Shown here in pieces: positions 47,801 through 59,288 of a stretch of DNA of 64,000 nt. Origin of the DNA: Ascidiella aspersa (taxonomy: Eukaryota); NCBI GenBank assembly GCA_963924565.1, contig OZ004608.1:32922001-32986000 (forward strand), read 5' to 3'. Every line of letters starts with the position of its first letter. Position 1 is the stretch's first letter. The notes beneath the pieces are model-generated. The model was not told where the DNA came from. It searched no databases and was given only the letters and a program-made list of their open reading frames with translations. The translations under genes were made by a program, and so were the position numbers.

Positions 47801-50800
47801 AATGTTAAAAATTGCAAGTCATACACCAACAATGTGCTTTTGAGCAAAATACCGGTAAACATTCCACAAAACAAAAAAGGTTTTATAAAATTTTAATGTG
47901 AATGTTGTGCCTGCAAGCACTCCAAATGCTATATTTTTGATTTTCCTATTTTTTCTCAGTTGTAAATTTCTTCTTCGCTTTCGTTTTCATGGCTAACCTA
48001 TTTAAAATAGGGTTTGATTGATGACGTTAAGCTTAATGCAAAGTTAATATGCAAAAAACGTTGTATGATAAAATAGGGGATAAACTGAATATTATTCGCT
48101 TTTGAATTATATACATAAGTCAGATTTATAAAAAAAAATCGGTTATCGGTATGTAGTATAGGTTGGAAAAACATAAAAAATCTTTATTTTAGTCCAAGTC
48201 ATTTGCCCAAAAGACTCAAGTCAAGTCGAGTCATTTGCCCAAAAGACTTAAGTCAAGTCAAGTCATTTGCCCAAAAGACTTAAGTCAAGTCAAGTCATTT
48301 GAAAACAGTGACTCAAGTCAAGTCAAGCCATTGACTTAAGTTATTACAACACTGGGTCGATCAACCGTCACGCGTCAAAACCGCTTTAACATAAAAACGC
48401 ACCGACGAAAGTTCGGCAATTATTTCTTCTTCGGCAGGAACAACTCGCAACCTCTCCTCCAGCAGCTCGGAGAGTCGATCTTCCCGGAGCTGCCTTTGTT
48501 CCTTGAAGAGGCGAGCGCGCGTTTCTTCTTCCGCGAGGATCTTTTTACGATCACGCTCGCGACGACCGTACGTGCTCATCCTGAAAAATGGGTCACTGCT
48601 TGTTATAAATGACTATCTACATACTTTCTGAATAAAATTGGATTTCAATACACTTTTGAAATAGTACTTCGGAGTGAAATTTGAATTGTCCTTTGACAAA
48701 CCTAAGTATATTAAAGTCAGGTCAATTGTGATGAAATTAGGCGCATATAACGTGCAATTTGTTCATTCAGCATTTTGTATATTTTAACATTAAATTTGGT
48801 GGTTATTATTTAAATTAGTTTTGTTTTTTTTCCAAAAGTATATTTACCAAAAGGTTACTACTTTAATAATTTGACAAAAAATCAACAGAAGTGTAAAATT
48901 TATACGCTGTGGCATTTGTAGAAACCAACAATTTTGGACATGATTTAATAAGAATACCTTTAAAAGAAACATATGCACAGCTGTTCAAAAGTTACCACGC
49001 AAAAAGCCTTGTGCAACCAGTACACAAAAATAAAGTCATTGGGACTGTTATCGCAACTATAACATATAAACACCAAAAAAACTTAATCAAACCTTTTAAT
49101 TTTATAGTTGTCCAACATTTTAAACAGCAAACGAAACAGTTGAAAATATAAAGGTCAGAGGCGCATTTAACGAAAAAATCCAAGAAATAGAAGAGAAAAG
49201 TTCAGTGTCGTTCACTTACAGATCAGCTACAAAGTTGCGAGCAAGGTATGGGCTTGAAGGTGAGAACCAATCAATCACTGGGGAGCGGGCAGCTGATGGA
49301 GGGGTGTGAGTGACACTGTCATTTGACTTGGTAGCTGAAACATCAAAGCAACATAATGGGCCGAAAAGTAAAAAAAAAACAAAGTAAAAACTTTTAAATA
49401 AAAACTAACTATTTTGGCATGTCTTGATAATAAACGCATTGCTGATACATGAAAATCGAACCTAAATGTTAGACCACGACTAATAATGAAATAGAAAGCT
49501 TGGCCCCAAAAGCAAAACGGTGGGATAGGTTAATTGACAAACATGAAAATTTTCAGGTCAAAAATCAAGTCCTTTGTTAACCAACCTTCCAACTAGCTTC
49601 GCTATTTAGAACAGAATTATTTTTTTAATAATTTATTTAGATTTCCTCATGACTTACCAGTTTGTTTTGTGGCTGGACTTATTTGCTTTTCAAACTGTGC
49701 TTGTAGTGATACAGCTGGTGATTTACGATTCTCACTAAAAAAAAAACATTTTGCATTAGTGGGGCTACATTTTTTAATGAAAATTGTAAAAGTCGTTATT
49801 AATATATAATTAACATAAAAAAACAATACGCATTGTTAATTTAGTATCATTTATGATATAAAATTAGTATAATGATGAATTTGGTGTTAATGTGTTGACT
49901 TTTTAAAGTCAAATTACCCAGCAGAGTCATCCAATGTTGATAAGGGGGATGTTTTGCCATGTGATTAGTTTAAATAGATTTTAATTTAGGTTTTGGGCAA
50001 TATTCAAAGCTATAAAAGCACATATACCTTTTGTTTGACACTGATGGTGTAGCTTGAAGGTTTCCATTTGATTTTGCTTTGGTACTTAAAGGCAATCGGT
50101 CAGTGCTTGATTGTGACATGATGGTAATTGGTTTCTAAAATAAATTTGTTGAATATAGCTAAAACAATACCCAAATATTTATATATTGTATAGTATTTTC
50201 TCATTTTTTGTTTTGTTTTAAACGATATTAACATCAAAACCTTTCTAGTCTATGTAAACAAAGACACTGTGCAGTGTTGTGTTAATATGCTGCTTGCAAT
50301 TGATTATAATAAACTTACACAAAAAATACATAAATAACAACAGGTTTGGGTACAGATAATTTATGACTTACTTCTGGTAATTGATATTTCGTAGTAAGTG
50401 GAGTATTGCACAGGTCAATGATTTGCGTTTGTGGAAGATTTTCACCAACATGATTTTTCGCAGCGGAATTTTTTACATTGTCATGCTTGGTGAAAATTTT
50501 TGCGGTTTCAGCTAACGACTTGGTACGATATTGTTCAATGAGAAGCCTGTATTGTTCTCTTTGGTGAATTGCTGTGCACCTGTCCACCTCGTTTGTTTTG
50601 TGCGGTTTTCGAACTATCTGTAAAAAATATACAGCATGCTTTAGGGAGATTGCTCTTAAGGCAATTTATTCAAACAAGAAATCAGTAACATATAAAACAT
50701 GCTTCATGCAATATTTAAACTGTTGACTTATTTTGAAATTAGCATATTACTTCCAGTCTACCTTCCTGTAAAGGTGAACACCAGAGATTTTTTTAAAAAT

Positions 50801-52918
50801 AATTTGTTTGAATTTGTATTTTACAACTAAATTTAAAAAAAAATGTTCAGTTTTTTGTGTGACAGCACTTTGAAACTAACTATGCATAAAACCGGGTTGC
50901 ACACCTGAAAATTTGATGCCCAAGATCTTGACAAAAAGGCCATGAAATGCAGACTGGCATTACTGTATGTTAAGTGAAAATCGTTCAGATAATCTTAAAC
51001 AATTTTAAATTACCCTATTCGGTTGTTACATTTTCAGGTTTTTTAGCACTTAAAAGTTTCACTGGTGGCTTAAATTTTGAAATAAAACAAACAAACCTTT
51101 TTCATGATTCTGCTGTTTTTCGATGGTGTAATACGGAACACTTTATCAAACATGGTAGAGGACCTGTGAAAATTACATATTGTGTTGAAATAAGATCTTT
51201 AGCATAAAAACAAAAAAGAATAAAGTTATATTTACATAGATGTTTTAACTTACTGAACAGCAGATCCTAAAAATAGCTAGACTACTAATTAGAGATTGAC
51301 ATATATCACCTTGTTCTGGGTGATACCTGTTTTTTAACATTTTTGCCTACTGATATGCCATACAGACTTTTTTATATATATACATGCGAGAAAGTCAAAA
51401 ATTGAAATAACCAAAAAGAAAATCCAAATAACTTTTCAGTTTATCTATCTATATCTATCATACTCTCATTTTGCTTACTAACTTGGTCAAATGCTAACGA
51501 AAAAATTTTTTTGGAAAAAAGTAAAAAATTTGTCAAATTTTTAAGAAAAAATATACGATAATTTCATATAAATTTGGGCCAAAAAGTACTGATACAGATA
51601 TATCAATAAACGCAAACTATTGGCAGATATTATTGCTAAACAAATACATCAAAAATTACTAATACCAAATAAATCCATAAACGTATTCAATACAATTTTT
51701 CAAATAACCAACCTATTTCTACCAGACTTTTGGTAGCGATTCGATTGTGGAGTGAAACTTCTTTGACTGAAATTTAGTTGGGAATCTTGAAAGCAAGAGA
51801 AATGAATTTAACAACGTTGCAACTTAAACGTCATCCCGCTCATAACCAAATTGCCGAAGTCATTTTTTACTGATTTTCAAAGTTTTTGCTTAAGTCACTT
51901 CTTGTTACCATCCCCAACCATAGAAATAGTGCTTAGGTCATTTTTAGGACATTTTTCATGCGCATGTGCAAAAAAATGACTTAGGCCCTTTTGCTATGGG
52001 TTGGGTTGGTAACAAGGAGTGAGGCAAAAACTCTGGAAATAATAAAAAGTTACTTCTAAGGCGATTTGGTTATAAGCGTGACAATGTTTAGAACGTGAAA
52101 AGCTGCAATCTTTGGCTAGAAGGTACCATAAAACAAAGATTAGATGAAAGGTATTGCTTTCAAATTACTTGACTTGACTCAAAGTTTTTTTGTGCAAATT
52201 CCCCAACTTGACTACCAATCTTAATGATATAACTTGACTTAGGCCAGTCTGGAAAGTATGGCAGATCTCGGGTACACAGCTGAAAAATCCGGGTGACCTG
52301 GTGAAATATCGGTCAAAAGAAGTGCACCATGAGTGCACTTTATGATTTTGCGATGCGCTTTTGCACTGTAAGTGTATGCAAATGCGATAAATAAGGGTGC
52401 ACGAGCATTTTACATATTTTGGATGCAGTTCAGATTTTTTGGGGGTGCACCTTTTTGAAAGGTTAAAAAAACTTGCAGGTGCACTTGTCATACTTTCCCA
52501 CAGTGGGACTTGGGCAACTAATCACTTAAGACTTCTTGAGGTCTCTTGCAAAGTATGATATACAAAAAATGAGTAAACCTGATTTGTGTAAACAGATTGG
52601 GCGCTGGTCTAGGATCCTACCACAACAACCAGTACTTGCGTTAGCGTGCCAGTTAGCGTTTGGGTGAGTCAAGAAATATTGTTAAATAATAATACTTTAC
52701 CCACCCTTACCTAAGCACTAACTGACACCCTAACCCAAATATTATGCTTTGCCTTTATAATTGTTCTTCAACGCTGTGGTAGGATTTTAGACCAGTGCCC
52801 CTGATTATAAGTTGCAGATTTATAAAAAAACAAACTATATAATTCAATTTATCGCACCAAACTTACCAGATCGTTGACCATTGAGTTTTGAGCGATAAAG
52901 AACAGATGTATTAGACAT
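44804..52918 (-). CDS. SENP1: SUMO-specific protease, SENP1/2-like (peptidase C48), ~545 aa
   Basis: Thirteen phase-consistent exons: 52918-52867, 51785-51713, 51366-51310, 51163-51097, 50617-50372, 50134-50028, 49734-49658, 49334-49220, 48580-48403, 47673-47542 (WLNDE), 46871-46665 (VINFY...VPVHLGVHW), 45762-45598 (YYDSMG), 44965-44804 ([10 protein letters not shown]). The catalytic His, Asp and Cys are present. The small N-terminal exons are less certain. Confidence 0.92.
48195..48354 (-). mobile_element. Truncated GACTT-family MITE end with 30-bp tandem repeats
   Basis: About three copies of AAGTCATTTGCCCAAAAGACTyAAGTCAAGTC, then terminus TTACAACACTG at 48354. Confidence 0.8.
51838..52078. 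mobile_element. Palindromic foldback MITE-like element in SENP intron 1
   Basis: Outer arms GCTCATAACCAAATTGCC and GGCGATTTGGTTATAAGC, inner arms CTTCTTGTTACC and GGTAACAAGGAG, centre CATGCGCATG (~51957-51966). Confidence 0.7.
52599..52800. mobile_element. MITE with GGCGCTGGTCTAG(G/A)ATCCTACCAC TIRs; a shorter copy lies at 54271-54385
   Basis: Both copies have ~25-bp inverted termini and an internal CCTAACCC/GGGTTAGG motif. Confidence 0.72.
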
Positions 52919-55078
52919 AACTCAGCGAAAGATAAATTTTACCAGGCAAGTATATAAACGATATAGCGGTTAAATAAGTAGGTTTATTATCAAATGCGAA
53001 GCACTGGTCATCTTTTAACACAACTTATCATTTTTTACTCAGGATTGGTTGTTCATCCGTATCAATAAGTTTTGAACAGTCTCATAGAAAACTTACATTT
53101 TTTCGTCAAATCTGTGTATTTTCAGACTGTGGAAACTGGCCGTAACCAGGGGCTGATCAAGGATTTTTGTTTCAAGGAATGGTATTTTTTATCGATGACG
53201 TCACAAAGTCACGTCATAAAACAATTAGTCTCCAAATACCTGGGCGAACTCGTGCAATAATCGAACGAACTTGTGCAATAATATGCAGGTAAATAGAAGT
53301 ATTCGGCCGGGGCGTGAAAAAACAGCATTTTATATTCTTTAAACAAATGCCAACTTTAAAGAAATGCCAAACTTCACGGGATTTTCAAGGCCATATACCT
53401 TACTAAGCAATTTTCGTATGAGCGACAACCCATTAAACAGAATGTAAATGCACTTATTCCCGATAGATTTGCAAATAAACACCTGGGCAAATTGACTGCA
53501 CTATTAAGACGTTTTATTTACATAAACGTTAAAACTGCTCGTGAGAGAATCCCTGTCGTAAATCACATATTTTTACTATGCGGACCTCCGGCTGTTTTTC
53601 CCTTGCTATATAAAGACAACTTGATGTTTAAAGGGAAAATCTTCGCCATCAGACGAGGCGTATATGACTCCTACTGGTGTTGCGTAGTTTGGTTGACTTG
53701 TCGGCTTTTATTCACCACAATAAGATATTACGACATACCTGTGTCTATTGCCTACACAAACGCCAACATTAAATTAGTGGGCGTCAAGTATAGATCAGCC
53801 AGCGTTTTAGATAAAGTGCCTATTTAGCTCTGATAACTTCATAAACAGAAACCAAAGGGCAATGGCTATGGTTAACCTTGCAAGGTACTACAAACAGGCG
53901 GTCTACAAGTATTAGTTAAAGTCAACGAGGTCTTGATCATTTTTAAACACTTAAAGGCAGAATTTGTCTATCGCACCCTAAAAGGACTAGCAGGAAGTTA
54001 AAACGGCAAGTTTTAGCCTATTCTTTTGTAAATGTTTTGTTTGGTTGACAGCCACTGCACGTTGTTGATTTTTCGTTATTTCATTCTCTCTCGTTTTGGC
54101 GCTGGAATGAATTTAGTTCTCTCGTTTCGTAATCGGTCAAAAGGAGTGGTTTTCAATCCGCTCGCTGCTTAATCTGTTCGTTTCGCCGACGGCCGAAATC
54201 GTTTAATGTAGAATGACCTGCTTGGAAAAAGAATATTACATACAATCGTTAGATACTAATTTGTGACAGAGGCGCTGGTCTAGAATCCACAAAATCGAAC
54301 ATTATTTGGGTTAGGATGCGGGTTTGGGTAGGTTTAAATAGTAATACTTTGGCTCAACTCTGTGGTAGGATTCTAGGCCAGCGCCAAATACAGTTTTCAA
54401 TAGTCATGTTTGGTACATCTTATCATTATTTTGTCCACTTTGCCTTGTATATTATAGCGTTAACCAGCACACATAAGCTTAACTTTCTTGCACTTACAAT
54501 CTGTGTGCCAGGTAAAACACTCTACAGTCAAAAACGTACTTAATCGGCAAACCTAACTCAATTAATTATTTTTTTTCAATTTTAGGTTAATAAAAACGAA
54601 AAAGCAGAAATAGATTGTTACCGCAAGAAGTAGCCTAAGCCGAAAAATCGGTTGTGCGTCGGAGGTTTGCTAGAATATTACGTAATAATGCATATCAGTG
54701 CAGTTTGCACACTCAAGCTGGCTTGAATTTCGCGCCATGTAATTACGAAACTGGAACGGATTACTTTTCAATCCGGATTTGAACCTTAATCCAAAAAAGT
54801 AATTTAAAAAAAACGTGTAACTTGAACATTTCAAAACTATAAAAATGTTCCAGGGTTCTTTCAGAAGGCAAATGCGAAAAAACTCGCGTACGGCACTCCA
54901 CCTCTTTTGCAGACTAGTCACCAAGCCCCAGATTTGGCTATTTTAACTCTACGCAAACGCAAAACAAACAACTGTGCGTTCCACAAATCAGTATACTTGC
55001 GTTTTGAGTGAACCTTATACACCCAAAGGCAGCGTAGACATGGAAAGTGGAAATTATTAGTAGCATGTAACACTAAAT

Positions 55079-55391
55079 CAGTGGTTCTTAACCAGGGTTC
55101 GATCAAACCCTTGGGGTTCGTCGTAGCTGTTTCAAGGGTTTGGCGAGAACGTCCTCTGAAACATAAAAGCCGTTATTTCAAGCTAAATTCGAATCTCTTT
55201 TATGCTCCAAGGTGTCATGTGACGTTATAAATTGAAAGTTTGGCCAATTTAACCTACATAAATGCAAGTTTATAATTTGAATATGCCCAGTGCAGCTGCT
55301 AGGAGGAATAAACGAATACTGAGGGAAAATTTGGGGTTCGATGAACGCTTGCAGAATAATAACACAGGTTACCAAAGGTTAAGAACCACTG
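55079..55391. mobile_element. hAT (Charlie-like) MITE present only in duplicate copy 1
   Basis: Perfect 15-bp TIR CAGTGGTTCTTAACC / GGTTAAGAACCACTG with GGGTTCG motifs. Absent at the paralogous site ~57870. Confidence 0.85.
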
Positions 55392-58067
55392 CGCTCTCAA
55401 TGAAAGCTTCAGTGATTTTTTTTTCGCGGAAGGATTTCAGTGTTGTATTAACCAGAGTAGCCTAGTGTTTTTGTGTGCCCAATGAGTCACGTCTCCTCAA
55501 TTAAAAGTTTTGCCAAACAAAATAAACCTAAATTAAAAGTTTTGCCAAACAAAATAAACCAAATTTTTTCGCGCTTCCAGCGTCGCACCATTTGTTTAGA
55601 GACGGTGAAAGATTGCGCTAAATCACGCTTACAAATGCACAGATACACTTTAAAAACACTTTAGGTGTTTAGGGTAGCGTTAAACTTAAAGTGCTTGGAT
55701 ATTGTAAGATTCTTCATCATTAGTTTCGCTGCCGTGTACAAAAGTTTAAATTTTGCATAAGTGGACTGCATTGCCGTTAACACCTGGATATAAGTATTCG
55801 AGCAATGCTACGGTGCGTTTCAAATTAAGGGCATGGTACCGAAAGAAAGGTTGTCTGCGGGTTGCGCCATTGTACCTTCCCACTGTAAGGTCGTGTCGCA
55901 ATGCTAAGTTGGGAACCTGAGGAACGACTATAAAAGTAAGTATTGGTGAAATTATGCAAATCACCAAGCATTGGTATCTTAAATATCTTCACGCAGGGAA
56001 TCTCGTTAACAATTAGCAGAGTAAAGCCGTACGTGAAACATTTACTGAGCATTCAGGTTAATATTTACTGCAGTTAGAGCTGAAACAAACATCAGTGGGA
56101 ACTGTGATAGCGAGTAATAAATTATCACTTTGCGAAGAACTTAATTTAACAGAATTTAATATGTTTTCAGAAATTGTAAATTTTGAAACTGATTTAAAAC
56201 AAATTAAAAATCTCAAAAGTAAAATGTGCGTCATTTATGCTTCACCTCGGCTTGATTTGTTTTTCATATGACTAGTGGCAAGGGGGCTTACTTTTGAGGC
56301 TGTCGCACAATGATTAGCCTCTCCTGTTTAGTTAATTTATATATAGTTGAATTAGGTTAAGGATGGCGAACCACTGACCCAATCCGAATTTGGAAATCCG
56401 AATAAAAAACCTTAAATTATTAACCCAAGAAATAACATTTAAAACGACGCGCAGCAACAAAGTTTCGCGTACAATTAGCATATAGTTAAATATATGACTC
56501 ATTGCCTACAGAAACGCCAACATTAAAATAGTGGGCGTCAAGTATAGATCAACCAGCGTTTTAGATAAAGTGCCTATTTAGCTCTGATAACTTCATAAAC
56601 AGAAACTAAAGCGCAATGGCTATGGTTAACCTTGCAAGGTACTACAAACAGGCGGTCTACAAGTATTAGTTAAAGTCAACGAGGTCTTGATCATTTTTAA
56701 ACACTTCAAAGGCAGAATTTGTCTATCGCACCCTAAAAGGACTAGCGGGAAGTTAAAACGGCAAGTTTTAGCCTATTCTTTTATAAATGTTTTGTTTGTT
56801 TGACAGTTGAAATGATTTCATTTTTTTTATTAATTTAAAGGCAATCACACGACAGTCCTGTGACTAAAGAAATGTATTTTGGTGAAGGGTATTTTCTTGT
56901 TCTAACTTTCTTACGTTTATTCGTACAAACACGTAACTGAAGATCTTGAATTAAAGCTGAAAACTCAGCAAACTTATAATTTCAGGAAATTTGCGAAATA
57001 TTTTAGGTAATATCTAATCAACTAGGTTTACCAGACAAGAGCATTGATAAATATTATAGCCTATATATTTGTCCAACCTACAGCGCGCGTACGCGGAAAT
57101 TCGGTTGTAAGGATTTCAAGTCATACAGCAACGTGTCAAATTTTTGATGATTGCACCAGTTACGGCTATAAGGACTTCGAGCCTCAATCAAGACCGTAAT
57201 TTCGCCAGTTGTGAACCCCACTCTCGAACCCCCGTCTATGTGCATAATAATTACCAAAGGTTTTTTCTTCATCACAAGAAACAATGCCTCTGGTGTTAAA
57301 AATGTTTAATAAAACGGATAACAATTATAAAACCCAATGAGAATTTAGGATCACTTAGATTCAACCCATTAGTCACAATCATTAAAATGCAATACGTCAA
57401 GTCTTCAATGTAAGGGCTTGTTGGAGACGTTTTGCGTTTGCACTAATAACTGCTGATTGACTTCTGACTCTAAAATCTAAATTTTAACGTAGTTAGTTTT
57501 CTAGCGTTTAAAACGACAACCTCTTGATAAAAACAGAAAAAAAAAAATCTGTCTGGCTTCTTTCAAAAGACCTTACATATGTAATTTTAACAAAAATATG
57601 TAACTTGAATATTTCAAAAGTATAAAAATGTTCCAGGTTTTTTTAGAAGGCTAATGCGAAAAACTCGCGTACGGCCAGCCACCTCTTTTGCAGACTAGTC
57701 ACCAAGCCCCAAATTTGGCTATTTTAACTCTACGCAAATGCAAAACAACTGCGCGTTCCGTAAATCATTGCACTATATTTGCGTTTTGAGTGAACCTTGT
57801 CAACCCGAAAGCGCCGTAGGCATGGGAACTCCATAAGTGGAAATTATTAATACCGGTAGCATGGAACTCTCTAAATAAAAGTTTTAGTAATTTTTCCGCG
57901 GATGCTGGGTTTCAGTGTTGTATTAACAAGAGTAGCCTAAATAATATGTCCATGTGTTTTTGTGTGCCCAATAAGTCACATCTCCTCCTAAATGAAAAGT
58001 TTTGCTAAGTAAAACAAAATAAACTGAATATTTTTCGCGCTTCCATCGTCGCACCATTTGTTTAGAG

Positions 58068-58631
58068 CAGGGGTCGGCAACCTTTTTCTAGTAGCGTTTC
58101 AAAACCAAACCTGAAAAAGTCTCTGCGGGCCGCACAAAATGATAACTAAGAATTGTGTTATTAAAATGTTAGAACAACTGTGAATCAGGCAGGCCTCGGA
58201 TAGATAACGTGTTTAATTATATTTACAGAGACAGCAAAGTTTTGATGCAAAGCGAATGAAAAGTGTAATAAAATGACTTCGAGGGAACGCGATAACATTT
58301 AAAGTTAACTAGCTCAGTGTTTGTTAACTCTTTGAAGTCAAGGCGCACCAGGCGAGCGAAGCGAGCGCGATTTTTTTTTGTATACCGGTATTTCTTTTAA
58401 ATTTTTTGTTTTTATTTACATTGCCGAAAAATAGAAAATAAATAAATTGTTAAAAAATTTATATCCAATATTTATTTTAAATAGTTTTGCATATTTTTTA
58501 ATATATTTTGCCATTTTGAGCTACGTACTTAAAATGGTCAAAAATTATGTGAAATAGACTCGTGTCTAATTTGTCAAAGAGGCGTCCGGCCGGATGAATT
58601 ACATCGACGGGCCATATGTTGCCGACCCCTG
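58068..58631. mobile_element. hAT (Charlie-like) MITE present only in duplicate copy 2
   Basis: TIRs CAGGGGTCGGCAAC and GTTGCCGACCCCTG, with a perfect 8-bp TSD GTTTAGAG (58060-58067 and 58632-58639). The empty site has a single GTTTAGAG at 55594-55601. Confidence 0.92.
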
Positions 58632-59288
58632 GTTTAGAGAGTGTGAAAGATTGCGCGAAATCACGTTTACAAATGTACAGATACACTTTAAAAACACTTT
58701 AAGACGTTTAGGGTAGCGTTAAACTTATAGTGCTTGAATATTGTAAGATTCTTCATTATTAGATTCGCTGCCGTGTACAAAAGTTTAAATTTTGCATAAG
58801 CGGACTGCATTGCCGTTAACACCTGGATATAAATATTCGAGCAATGCTATTGTGCGTTCCGAATAGGAACGACTATAAAGGTAAGTATTGGTGAAATTAT
58901 GCAAATCACAAAGCATTGGTGTCTTAAAAAACTTCACGCAGGGAATCTTGCCAACAATTAGTAGAGAAAAGCCGTACGTGAAACATTTACTGTGCATTTA
59001 GGTTAATATTTACTGGATTTAAACTAAGACAAACATCAGTGGGAAGTGTGATAGCTAGTAATAAATTATCACTTATAAAAATATAGTGAGAGGCGAAGAA
59101 CTTAAAACTTTACAGAGTCGGTACTGCTTATAGAAATGTAAAATTGTTTGAGCAGTGGTAAGAATATCAAAACCCATAGAGAAGTAGGTACTTTTTGAAC
59201 GTTTCGATAACTCTTTATTTATTTTTAACATGTTGTACGTCTTACTACCACTTCGAACCGTTATTCTTCAAATTTGTTCATAGTTTCA

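Larger units (their letters stand above)
53745..59110. repeat. Tandem segmental duplication (~2.75-kb offset) upstream of the LDLa-GPCR
   Basis: 53745-54050 matches 56500-56806 almost exactly, and 54810-56155 matches 57595-59110. The middle segments differ and each copy carries a different MITE. Confidence 0.88.
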
